Below the pieces are notes generated by a model. That model was not told the DNA's origin. It saw only the letters and a program-made list of their open reading frames with translations, and searched no databases. The position numbers and the translations under genes were made by a program. From Fibrobacterota bacterium (GTDB lineage Bacteria > Fibrobacterota > Fibrobacteria > UBA5070), in contig JAKPQQ010000255.1 in the NCBI GenBank assembly GCA_029557215.1, forward strand, positions 16 through 64,015: 64,000 bases of DNA, in the 5' to 3' direction. Shown in pieces: positions 36,253 through 45,262 of the stretch. Each line of letters opens with the position of its first letter. The first letter of the stretch is position 1.

Positions 36253-38504
36253 TTCGCCCTCGGTCGCCAGGCCAGAAGTCTCAGGCTGTTGAGCATCACG
36301 GTGACCGAAGAGACGGACATCGCCGCGCCGGCGAGGGTGGGCGACAGGAGCGTTCCTCCCAGCGGCCAGAGCACCCCGGCGGCGACCGGGATCAGGAGCG
36401 CGTTGTATCCGAACGCCCATGCCAGATTCTGACGGATGATGGCGCGGGTGCGCCGCCCCAGGTCGATCGCGGCCTGGGCCAGGCGCGGGTCGTCGGGGCC
36501 GATCGCGCCCATGGCGCAGTCGAACGCCACGGCGGTCCCCGCCGAGATCGCCAACGACGCGTCGGCTCGCGTCAGGGCCGGAGCGTCGTTCACTCCGTCG
36601 CCGACCATGAGCACCTTCCGGCCCTGGCCTTGGAGTTCCTTGATCCGCTCCGACTTGGATTCGGGAGTGGCCCGCGAACGCCAGGATCGGATCCCGAGCG
36701 TTTGCGCGACCTGCGCCACGGCGGCTTGGCCGTCGCCGGACAGGATCTCGGTCTGGATCCCGGCGCGATCCAGGGCCTGGATCGCCGCATGCGATTCGGG
36801 CCGAGGTGGGTCGGATAGGAACAGCATCCCGAGGATGTTGCCGTTGACTTCCACTCCCACCGCGGTTTCGCCGGGCTGGGAAGGGTCGGTGGTGCCCAGC
36901 CAGTCGGGAGCGCCCACCTTGATGCGCGTTGCGTCGGTCCTGGCCTCCACGCCTTTTCCCGGCAAAGTGACGGTTTCCGGAAGCGTCTTCCAGGCGCAGC
37001 CGCGCGCACGGGCGGCCTCCACGATGGGGCGCGCGAGAGGATGCGACGAACCGTCCTCCAGCGACGCGGCGAGTGTCAGGATCTGTTCGATCGCGAGGCC
37101 TTCGGTGAGCGTCCAACGCACCAGCCTCGGTCGGCCTTCGGTGAGCGTCCCCGTCTTGTCGAAGACCACGGTGTCGCAATCGGCGAGCGCTTCCAGGGCG
37201 CGCGCGTCGCGCAGCAGGATTCCGTGCCGCGCCGCCCGTCCCACGGCGACCATGATCGCCGACGGCACCGCCAGCCCCAAGGCGCAGGGGCAGGCCACCA
37301 CCAGGATGGACACCGCCACCAGGAAGGCTCGGGGGCCCGCGGGAACGGATCCGAACGCCCACCAGGCGAGTCCCGCCAATAGAGCGAAGCCGATCACGGC
37401 GGGCGCGAACCGCGCGCTGATCCGATCGGCCAATTCCTGCACGGGCGCCTTGGAACCTTGGGCCTGTTCCACGAGCCGGGCGACCCGCGCGAGGTGGGTG
37501 GCGTCGCCCGCCTGCTCGACCACGAATTCGATGGGGGTCGGGCCGTTGACGGATCCTGCCTTGACCGGATCGCCCACCCCCGCCTCGCGCGGCAGGCTCT
37601 CGCCGGTGAGGTGGCTTTCGTCGAAGCTTCCGGTCCCCATCGCGATCGTGCCGTCGGCGGGAACGCGTTCGTGCGGGAGAACGCGGACGCGGTCGCCGGG
37701 CATCAGCAGGCGCGAATCCAGTTCCACGCAGTTTCCGTCGCGCACCACCCAGGCCATGCGCGGGAGCAATCGGGCCAAGGTCCCCAGCGCTTCGCGGGCG
37801 TGTCGTTTGGAACGGTCTTCCAGCCACTTCCCGAACAGCACGAACCCAAGCACTCCGGACACGGATTCGAAGTACACGTGCGCGGCCATGCCGTGTGCGG
37901 CGAACCATCCGGGAGCGAGCGTCGCCAACGCCGAAAGCCCGAAGGCGGCACCGGTGCCGGTGGCCACCAGCGTGTTCATGTCGGGCGAACGCGCGATGGC
38001 GGCCTTCGCGCCGCGCACGAAGAATCCGGGCGCCCACCAGAGCACGACGGGAAGATGCAGGAACAGCAGGATCCAACGGAGCGTGCCGTGCGGGATCTTC
38101 CAGAGCGAGGGAATCTTGCGATGGAGCCATTCGGCGCCGGGCATCGCGAGCTTGTGCAGCAGGTCGCCGTCGTGGTGGGATCCCATGAGCGGCGCGCCCA
38201 GGATCATGGCCACCGCGAAGACGGAAAGTGTCGCCGCGAAGGGAAGCCAGTCGGGGAGCGCTGCGGTCGGATGGGCTTCGGTCTCGGACGGGACGTCGTA
38301 GCCCAGTGATCGGATCGCGGTGGCGATGTCGGATTCGGGGATGTCCTTGGCCAGGCCGAGGATGGCCGATTCGCCGGCGAAATTCACCGCCACCGATTCG
38401 ACGCCGTCCAGTTTCTTCAGGCCGCGCTCGATCCGCATCGAGCAGGCGGCGCAGGTCATGCCGGAAATACGGACATGGCGCCGCGACAGAGGAACATCGC
38501 TCAC
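36249..38504 (-). CDS. copA: copper-translocating P1B-type ATPase
   Basis: GTG start overlaps the copZ stop (GTGA). HMA domain GMTCAACSMRIE, CPC in the TM region, DKTGTLT and GDGVNDAPAL. Confidence 0.92.
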   Translation of the reverse strand: MSDVPLSRRHVRISGMTCAACSMRIERGLKKLDGVESVAVNFAGESAILGLAKDIPESDIATAIRSLGYDVPSETEAHPTAALPDWLPFAATLSVFAVAMILGAPLMGSHHDGDLLHKLAMPGAEWLHRKIPSLWKIPHGTLRWILLFLHLPVVLWWAPGFFVRGAKAAIARSPDMNTLVATGTGAAFGLSALATLAPGWFAAHGMAAHVYFESVSGVLGFVLFGKWLEDRSKRHAREALGTLARLLPRMAWVVRDGNCVELDSRLLMPGDRVRVLPHERVPADGTIAMGTGSFDESHLTGESLPREAGVGDPVKAGSVNGPTPIEFVVEQAGDATHLARVARLVEQAQGSKAPVQELADRISARFAPAVIGFALLAGLAWWAFGSVPAGPRAFLVAVSILVVACPCALGLAVPSAIMVAVGRAARHGILLRDARALEALADCDTVVFDKTGTLTEGRPRLVRWTLTEGLAIEQILTLAASLEDGSSHPLARPIVEAARARGCAWKTLPETVTLPGKGVEARTDATRIKVGAPDWLGTTDPSQPGETAVGVEVNGNILGMLFLSDPPRPESHAAIQALDRAGIQTEILSGDGQAAVAQVAQTLGIRSWRSRATPESKSERIKELQGQGRKVLMVGDGVNDAPALTRADASLAISAGTAVAFDCAMGAIGPDDPRLAQAAIDLGRRTRAIIRQNLAWAFGYNALLIPVAAGVLWPLGGTLLSPTLAGAAMSVSSVTVMLNSLRLLAWRPRAK

Positions 38505-38707
38505 GGACGCACGACCTTGTAGCCTTCGTCTTCCACGGCCTTCGCGATCGCCTCCGACGAGGTCTTGTCCTCATCGTAGGAGACCTTGGCCGACCCGACC
38601 GCCACCTCCAGCGAAACCACGCCGGGAATGGCGGAAACCGCGCGTTGCACGGCCTTCACGCAATGGCCGCAGTTCATGCCCTGGATGGAAATCGTCTCTT
38701 CCTTCAT
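38501..38707 (-). CDS. copZ: copper chaperone (heavy-metal-associated domain)
   Basis: Track ORF of 68 aa containing GMNCGHCVKAV. Confidence 0.85.
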   Translation of the reverse strand: MKEETISIQGMNCGHCVKAVQRAVSAIPGVVSLEVAVGSAKVSYDEDKTSSEAIAKAVEDEGYKVVRP

Positions 38708-38752
38708 TGTGCCCGCCTTAGTTGGGATGGGTGAACTCGCAAAACAACATAC

Positions 38753-38769
38753 ATACCCTGGGGGGGTAT
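38753..38769. promoter_or_regulatory. candidate CsoR operator (GC-tract inverted repeat)
   Basis: ATACCC-tgggg-GGGTAT lies 46 nt upstream of the copZ ATG, in a locally AT-richer divergent intergenic region shared with the TonB-dependent receptor gene. It resembles known CsoR sites (TACCC...GGGTA type). Confidence 0.55.
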
Positions 38770-38943
38770 ATTGTGTGCTTTTGGAAACCCATCTTCACGG
38801 CAGCGGTTTTGTTGCGATTTCTATGACGCTCCCTTGACAATCCAAAGACGCATGTAGGAGGATCATCCTCGAGTCCGGAAGAAACAATTCCAACCCACTG
38901 CTTCTTCGGAAGCTTCCGGCGACGAACACTGAAAGGGGATGAA

Positions 38944-41427
38944 ATGAAACGCATCCGATCGACCAAAACCACGATGCTGCTGGCCGCGCTCCTGACGGCC
39001 GGAGCGGTCAACGCCAACGCGCCTGCGGGAGACGACATGCTTTCGCTGGAGGCGCTGTTGAGCATCAAGCTCCAGACGGGATCGTTCCTGGAGCTGGATC
39101 TGGCGAAGTCGCCGCTGTCCATGACGGTGATCTCCAAGGAGAAGGTGGGGCTTTCGGGAGCCCGGAACCTCAGCGAACTCCTGGAGGTCTACGTGCCAGG
39201 ATTCCAGTACATGTACAACAAGTGGAACGGCGTCCTGTGGGGCATGCGAGGCGTGGCCAACGACCGCAACACCAAGTTCATCGTGCTGGTCAACGGCCAC
39301 AAGATGAACACCGAGGCGCGCGACGGATTCTTCCAGGAAACATCCATGGGGCTCTTCGGCGACGTGGAACGCATCGAAGTCCTTCGCGGGCCTGCGGGCC
39401 TGGTGTACGGTTCGGGTGCGATCGCGGGAATCGTCAACATCGTCACCCGCACGGCGGACAAGAACGGGTCGGAAATCGTCGCGCGCGCCGGAACCTGGAG
39501 CAACCACGGGAACATGTACACTTCGGTGCAGGGAACCGTCTTCGGCAAGATGGCCGAAGGGCAGAGCCTCGTGGCGACGGCCGGATGGGAAAGCTCCAAC
39601 GGCGTGGGGAACGGGGTGTCCCGCATCTACGGAAACGGTTCCTGGCCGTTTCCCAGCGGCTTGAAAACCTCTCGGATGGGCGACGGAGTGCCTGTCGACG
39701 GTAGTGCGCATGCCGTGCCGTTGAACTGGAAGGGCGCGGTCGATTTCGACGTGAACGGGCTGCGCCTGTACGCTAGGGCGACCCACTCCGTCCAGGAAGC
39801 CGGAGGGTTCTTCATCAAGGACCCGTGGCCGGGCGTGATGGGGGCTCCTGCCGCCACCGACGGCGACGCTCTGATCGACGGTCGCAACGTGCCCGCCACC
39901 GATCCGTTCTGGTCGGGGACCGAATCCTGGAACACGTCCCGCAGGGAATACGTGGCCGACAACATCCTGGTCGACGCCCGATACGAGATTCCGATCGGAG
40001 AAAACGACCTGAAGCTCCATGCGGGGTTCGACGGCAATACCGCCAGGATCCAGCGCGAGATGCGCCCCGGCTACGAAGCCAACGCGGAATCGAACGAACG
40101 GAATTCCTTCCTTGAAGAAACCTTCGGCGAGCGCCGCTACACCTTGGGTGCCACCTTCCTGTTCAAGACGATCGAAAAGCTGCAATTGGCGGTCGGTGCC
40201 GAGCAGCGTTTCGACGACATCGGCGACGATTTGTCGGGAAGGAACTCCCAGCAGGAGAAGGCCACCCACAAGATCGTGTCGGACATCCTGTATTCCAACA
40301 CGGCGGTGTTCACCGAAGGTTGGTACGACGTCATGCCGCACCTTGGTGTGGATTTCGGTCTGCGCTGGGACGGGCACACGCGCACCATCGACAACGGCGG
40401 CACGCTCAACGGCAAGCTCGCGGGCGTCTACGAGGTGGTGCCGGGGCACACGGTCAAGCTGATCTTCCAGAGTTCGTCGAACAACGGATCGGCCGACAAC
40501 TATGAATACAACCGCAACAACTTCAACGACGCCGGAGTCCCCTACGTGGCTCCGCACTTCGAAAAGCCGACCGAGCCGCCCGGAGGGAACTCCAACGTCA
40601 TCTACGGCGTGACCACCGAGCAGTTGCACGAACTCAAACCCGAGAAGATCTATTCGTTCGAGCTCACCAGCAGCCACGATCTCGGCAGCGGGGTCTCCGT
40701 GGCTCCGTCGGTGTCCTACAACATGGTGCGCGACCTGTTCGCTTGGAACCAGACCATGTTCCGCGTCGTGAACGTGGGCGAGTACAACCACCTGGACGCG
40801 GATCTGCAGGTGGATTGGACCAGCAAGTTCGTCGATGTCGGAGCCAACCATGCGATGCAGATGATCGTGAACACCGACGTGGACGAGCAGGCCGAGACCT
40901 TCACTTCGCAAGGCGTCGACAAGACCAAGGCGGGCTGGTACGATTCCACCGCTCTCAGCGGCGGGGGGTGGACCTACTACCCCGTGATCAACGGAACCGT
41001 GTCCTCCACGGTGAATCCAGTCAAGGAGCAGATTTCGGCCGACGGATCCAATTTCCTGAGCCTGAACACCCATGTTTCCAAGATGTGGGTGAACGTGAAG
41101 CCGCTCTCCTGGCTCACCGTGCACACCGATGTGCGCGTCTTCTGGGGGATGTGGGGCAGGGATTCCATCTACAACGCCGACGAGAAGCTCGGGTACAACT
41201 ACCTGAGCATCCAGACCGACCCGAGCGTGAAGTGGAACCTGAGCGCCCACGCCAGGCTTCCCGATGGCTGGGAGATCGGCGTGTACGGATACGACCTGCT
41301 GGGCGAGACCAAGGGCGGTCTGGCCACCCACGCGATCCGCTGGCAGCAAATGGGCGACGCCGGGCAGCGCGACCTGTACGCGGTGGACCTGCGCAGCTAC
41401 GCGATCGACGTGAAGAAGTCGTTCTGA
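38944..41427 (+). CDS. TonB-dependent receptor-like outer-membrane protein
   Basis: Track ORF; AAAGGGGA lies upstream. Signal MKRIRSTKTTMLLAALLTAGAVNA. Plug-domain motifs VISKEKVGLSGARNLSELLE and VERIEVLRGPAGLVYGSGAIAGIVNIVTR. Long beta-barrel region ending ...YAIDVKKSF. Confidence 0.8.
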   Translation: MKRIRSTKTTMLLAALLTAGAVNANAPAGDDMLSLEALLSIKLQTGSFLELDLAKSPLSMTVISKEKVGLSGARNLSELLEVYVPGFQYMYNKWNGVLWGMRGVANDRNTKFIVLVNGHKMNTEARDGFFQETSMGLFGDVERIEVLRGPAGLVYGSGAIAGIVNIVTRTADKNGSEIVARAGTWSNHGNMYTSVQGTVFGKMAEGQSLVATAGWESSNGVGNGVSRIYGNGSWPFPSGLKTSRMGDGVPVDGSAHAVPLNWKGAVDFDVNGLRLYARATHSVQEAGGFFIKDPWPGVMGAPAATDGDALIDGRNVPATDPFWSGTESWNTSRREYVADNILVDARYEIPIGENDLKLHAGFDGNTARIQREMRPGYEANAESNERNSFLEETFGERRYTLGATFLFKTIEKLQLAVGAEQRFDDIGDDLSGRNSQQEKATHKIVSDILYSNTAVFTEGWYDVMPHLGVDFGLRWDGHTRTIDNGGTLNGKLAGVYEVVPGHTVKLIFQSSSNNGSADNYEYNRNNFNDAGVPYVAPHFEKPTEPPGGNSNVIYGVTTEQLHELKPEKIYSFELTSSHDLGSGVSVAPSVSYNMVRDLFAWNQTMFRVVNVGEYNHLDADLQVDWTSKFVDVGANHAMQMIVNTDVDEQAETFTSQGVDKTKAGWYDSTALSGGGWTYYPVINGTVSSTVNPVKEQISADGSNFLSLNTHVSKMWVNVKPLSWLTVHTDVRVFWGMWGRDSIYNADEKLGYNYLSIQTDPSVKWNLSAHARLPDGWEIGVYGYDLLGETKGGLATHAIRWQQMGDAGQRDLYAVDLRSYAIDVKKSF

Positions 41428-41483
41428 TCTCCTGATCACGTAGATCGGCCGGTTGTCAAAATCCGGCCGCACCTGAATCGAAG

Positions 41484-41514
41484 CCCTCGTCGCGGATCCG
41501 CGGCGGGGGTTTTT
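41484..41514 (+). terminator. rho-independent terminator downstream of the TonB-dependent receptor
   Basis: CCCTCGTCGCGGATCCGCGGCGGGGG, a palindrome-centred stem with G-U pairs, followed by TTTTT. It abuts the HAD gene stop. Confidence 0.6.
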
Positions 41515-42122
41515 CAGTTCGCCAGGATTCCGTGCCTTCGCAGCGCTTCCTGCGCTCCGGCCACGCCCTGGACGCGTTCGGCGCGCATTCCCGCTGCGCG
41601 GGCGCCTTCGCAGTTCACCTCGTTGTCGTCCAGGAACAGGATGCGTCCGGGCGCGACGCCCCAGCGGTTGGCGACTTCGCTGAACGCCCGGGCATCCGGT
41701 TTGCACAACCCGAGCAGGTGGCTCGGGAAATTGGCCTCGAAGACCTCTTCCGCCTTCTGGTGGCGCTGCATGATGGGCCAGTGCAAGACGTTGGAATTGG
41801 AAAAGCTCGCGACCCGGAATCCCGCTTCGCGAACGCGGGACACCAGGTCCGCCGCGCCTTCGAACGGTCCGGCGGGCCATTCCAGGAAGCCTTCGAGGAA
41901 CACGTCGGGATCCACATGGATCCCCAGTTCGTCCACCACGTGCGACGCGAAGGTCTTCGCCTCGACGCATCCCGTCTCGAACAGGCGCACCGATTCGGCC
42001 GACAGCCAGCGGTGCCAGAATTCGGACGCGGGGATTTCTCCGTGCGTCCAAGATTCCACCTGCGACGCCGCCGAGACGGTTTCCAGCACGCCTCCCAGAT
42101 CGAACAGTACGGCTTCGATCAT
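41514..42122 (-). CDS. HAD-superfamily hydrolase
   Basis: 202 aa; the ATG overlaps the cysG stop (ATGA). Motif I VLFDLGGVL, SNSN, K (CKPD) and motif IV LFLDDNEVN. Confidence 0.8.
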   Translation of the reverse strand: MIEAVLFDLGGVLETVSAASQVESWTHGEIPASEFWHRWLSAESVRLFETGCVEAKTFASHVVDELGIHVDPDVFLEGFLEWPAGPFEGAADLVSRVREAGFRVASFSNSNVLHWPIMQRHQKAEEVFEANFPSHLLGLCKPDARAFSEVANRWGVAPGRILFLDDNEVNCEGARAAGMRAERVQGVAGAQEALRRHGILAN

Positions 42123-43558
42123 CCCGCGAGGCCTCCGCGCCCCAGCGTGTGCAGGCGCGCGGCGTCGGGCGCGTGTTGGGCGGCCCAACCCACGACCTTG
42201 CCCACGACCACCATCATGGGCGAGGCCAATCCAGCGCGCGCCAGGTCCTGGTCGATCTTGTCCAACGTGGAGAACACGCCGGCTTCGTCCGGAGTGGTGC
42301 CGGCGTGGATGGCGGCGCAGGGGGTGGACGGATCCCATCCGGCTTCCAGGAAGCGCAACCGCACCGATTCCAGCGAGTGCAACGGCATCATCACGATCAC
42401 CGTTTCCACGTCGGGGATGCGCGCCACCGTGCCGTCGGCGTGGAATCCCGACACCACCGCGAAGCTGCGCGAAAGGCCGCGGTGGGTGATGGGGATCCCG
42501 TGCCAGGCGGGAACGGCGAGGCTCGCCGAAACGCCAGGTACGATCTCCACGGGGATTCCGGCGGCTTCGCAGGCTTCGATCTCTTCGCCGCCGCGTCCGA
42601 ACACGAACGAGTCGCCGCCTTTCAGGCGCACCACCAGGTGTCCCGCGTTGGCCAACTCCACGATCAGGGCGTTGATGTCTTCCTGGCCGTGCGACTTGCC
42701 GAATCCCGTCTTGCCCACCGGATGCAGCTCGCAAGAGGTCGGGACCGCCTTCAGCAGTTCGTCGGGAACCAGGCGGTCGTGGACCAGGGCGGTGGCCCGC
42801 CCCAGGATCTTGAGGCCCAGGCGCGTCACGAGGTCCGGATGTCCGGGGCCTGCGCCCACCAGGACCACGCGGCCCTTGCGCGCCGCGGGCGCGGCGACGG
42901 AATCCGTCTTGGCGATCTCGGCGTCGGCTAGCGATCGGATCCTGGATTCGCAGGCGGCGGCGCCGTCGCGCTTCAGGAGTTCCAGCAGATCGGAAGCCGG
43001 GAGGGTCTTCCAGAAACGTTCGCGGTCGGCGTTGGCCATCCTGGGCTTGTACTCTTCGCGCAGCCGGGCGAACAGGTCGACCAGTTCGGAAAACCCGTCG
43101 GAAAGCCAATCCTGGAACTCGCGTCGGGCCAGGGATGCCAGACTGGGGGCGCCACCACGGGTGGATACCGCCACCTGCGACCGACCGACCCGAGCCACCG
43201 CGGCGGCTTGCCAGTCGCACAGCGGGGGCACGTCGGTCACGTTGCACAGGATGCCGCGCTGCGAGCAGATCGCGTAGATGGCGCGGTTCACGTCGGGATC
43301 GGATGTCGCGGCGACCACCAGCCGGCAACCCGATTCGTCGCCGGGGAGCCACGGACGTTCGATTTTCTGGAACGAACCTTCCAGGGCGGCGAATTCGGGA
43401 TGGAACTCCGGGGAGACCACCTTGAGGCGGGCTCCGCATTCCAGGAATTCGCGGGATTTGCGGATTCCAACGGCCCCCGCCCCGACCACCAGCACAGGGC
43501 GGTCGGAGAGGTCCAGGAAGATCGGATGCAGCGGTGGTCGTTCGTCGGTTCCGTTCAT
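42119..43558 (-). CDS. cysG: siroheme synthase (precorrin-2 dehydrogenase/ferrochelatase + uroporphyrinogen-III C-methyltransferase)
   Basis: ATG at 43558 inside track ORF 42119..43591. N-terminal VLVVGAGAVG Rossmann fold; C-terminal VVLVGAGPGHPDLVT, RLKGGDSFVFGRGGEE and VPGVSA. Confidence 0.85.
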   Translation of the reverse strand: MNGTDERPPLHPIFLDLSDRPVLVVGAGAVGIRKSREFLECGARLKVVSPEFHPEFAALEGSFQKIERPWLPGDESGCRLVVAATSDPDVNRAIYAICSQRGILCNVTDVPPLCDWQAAAVARVGRSQVAVSTRGGAPSLASLARREFQDWLSDGFSELVDLFARLREEYKPRMANADRERFWKTLPASDLLELLKRDGAAACESRIRSLADAEIAKTDSVAAPAARKGRVVLVGAGPGHPDLVTRLGLKILGRATALVHDRLVPDELLKAVPTSCELHPVGKTGFGKSHGQEDINALIVELANAGHLVVRLKGGDSFVFGRGGEEIEACEAAGIPVEIVPGVSASLAVPAWHGIPITHRGLSRSFAVVSGFHADGTVARIPDVETVIVMMPLHSLESVRLRFLEAGWDPSTPCAAIHAGTTPDEAGVFSTLDKIDQDLARAGLASPMMVVVGKVVGWAAQHAPDAARLHTLGRGGLAG

Positions 43559-43658
43559 CGGAACCAATTTAGTCCGGAGAGGCCGACACATCCGCGTCGC
43601 GTCCTGGCCTTGGAACCCGTTTGCAGGGTCGCGAGGCCAAGATGCGTGCGGAGCGGAC

Positions 43659-43925
43659 CTACCCGATCAGATCCATCAGCTCACCCGCCATGTTGTTCTG
43701 CACCTTGAGCGCCTTGAGGTTGTAGCTGCCGGCCAGCTTGTCGGTCTTCATGCCCACCACGTCGCGAACGGGATCGGAGCCGGACGCGTTCGGCTTGTCG
43801 GCGGCGGCCTCCTGGCTCCACCTGGAAATGTTGCGCGCCCGCGATTCCAGCGACGTTTCCGCCTTCTGGTAGCCCTGGAGGCTGGCGTCCCAGCCCGACA
43901 TGCCGCTACGGATTTCCATTCCCAT
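43659..43925 (-). CDS. hypothetical 88-aa protein with flagellar-rod-like terminal motifs
   Basis: 3' end of track ORF 43659..44984. Sequence: MGMEIRSGMSGWDASLQGYQKAETSLESRARNISR...DPVRDVVGMKTDKLAGSYNLKALKVQNNMAGELMDLIG. The N- and C-termini loosely resemble the conserved ends of FlgB/FlgC-type rod proteins. Weak call made by eye. Confidence 0.4.
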   Translation of the reverse strand: MGMEIRSGMSGWDASLQGYQKAETSLESRARNISRWSQEAAADKPNASGSDPVRDVVGMKTDKLAGSYNLKALKVQNNMAGELMDLIG

Positions 43926-43966
43926 AGCGTACCTTCTTGGAGGGCACTCACGCAACAGGGAAATGC

Positions 43967-45262
43967 ATGCTTCTTCCGACGTTTCTGGGAATCCTTGCGG
44001 GCGCGGCGGCGACGACGCCGATCTCCGTGCCGCGCGTGCTGGGCCAGTGGAAGATCGGAATCTGGATGGAGCGCCGCGCGGACCTGGATTCCTCCCGCAT
44101 GCGTCGGTGGGCCGATTCCACCGTGCAGGATTTTTCGGCGCGATTGGCGCCGACCGCTTCGGCCAGGCTCGAGCGGTTCGTGGTCGTCGATCCGGGAGCG
44201 CTGCCCTTGGCCGGCGGCGATGCGCGCCACCATCCCGATCTGAGGGCCTCCGATCTGGACGCGATCTGGGGGGTGCCGGTGGCCGACGGCGTGGCGGCAT
44301 CGACCTCGCGTCGGGCCATGCGGGCGTGGCTTTCCGCGAGAGGTTGCCCCGACGAACGGAACCTGGCTGTGGGGTGGGACATGTTCCTGCTTCCGCAGGA
44401 TCCGTACAATCGACCCGACACCAGCAAGTGGTCCCGGGGTGGTCTGTACGCCAAGCTGCCGTCGTGGAGCATGCTTCCCGATTCGGGCTTGGATCCCGCG
44501 TGCCGGCGCATCCTGCACCTGCGCCGCGAAGGCGGCTTGGAACTGTATTCGGCGCCCAAGCTCCAGCGGGGATTGCGCGAGATCCTGCCGACGCACCTGG
44601 CGGTGGGTGTGCTTGATGACGGAAATCGTCCTGTGGAAGGGGCCGTGCTGGAAATCTGGAGGGGCCGTCCGGATTCCCGGCGTTCCTTCGCCTCGCGTCT
44701 GGAGGGCCGTCCCGACACCCTGGTGTCGGACTCCAGCGGATTGTTCCCGTTGCGCGACGGACGGTCGTGGTTTTCCCGCGATTCGCTCGTTTTCGGCCCG
44801 GGCGGTTCCAACGCCATCTCCTACTGGAGGCTGCGTTCGGGCCGCAAGGTGGTCGAAGGATGGATGGACGCGGTCGATCTCGCGAACCTGCCGCGGCGCG
44901 AAGGCTGGGCCGAGCTCTACTGGAGGCTTCCGAGCGGTTCCAGCCAGGCGTGGAAGAAAGCCTTGCAAAATTGGCCCAGGCCATGGGTGGCGGCCGAGGT
45001 CGATTCCACCGGATTGCTGACGTTGGGACTGTCGGTTCCTGTCGAGACGGATTTCGTGCTCAAGGTCGTCGACGCCCGGGGACGCGAACACCTGCGCACC
45101 CGCCCCATCCGGCTCGGGCGCGGGGTGCACGAAAAGAGCCTTCGCCTGGATCTCGCCCCCGGCTGGTGGGATGTCCGCCTGGACACCCCGGTCGACCGGT
45201 TCCAGCTGCGGGTGATGATCCCGGCGGCGGCGCCCACCGAAGTGGTCACCACCTCGAGATGA
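43967..45262 (+). CDS. secreted hypothetical protein with possible C-terminal sorting-tail-like domain
   Basis: ATG at 43967 inside track ORF 43937..45262. Signal MLLPTFLGILAGAAA. One CarboxypepD_reg-like stretch (DDGNRPVEGAVLEIWRG). C-terminus TDFVLKVVDARGREHLRTRP...WWDVRLDTP. No other domain recognised. Confidence 0.6.
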   Translation: MLLPTFLGILAGAAATTPISVPRVLGQWKIGIWMERRADLDSSRMRRWADSTVQDFSARLAPTASARLERFVVVDPGALPLAGGDARHHPDLRASDLDAIWGVPVADGVAASTSRRAMRAWLSARGCPDERNLAVGWDMFLLPQDPYNRPDTSKWSRGGLYAKLPSWSMLPDSGLDPACRRILHLRREGGLELYSAPKLQRGLREILPTHLAVGVLDDGNRPVEGAVLEIWRGRPDSRRSFASRLEGRPDTLVSDSSGLFPLRDGRSWFSRDSLVFGPGGSNAISYWRLRSGRKVVEGWMDAVDLANLPRREGWAELYWRLPSGSSQAWKKALQNWPRPWVAAEVDSTGLLTLGLSVPVETDFVLKVVDARGREHLRTRPIRLGRGVHEKSLRLDLAPGWWDVRLDTPVDRFQLRVMIPAAAPTEVVTTSR

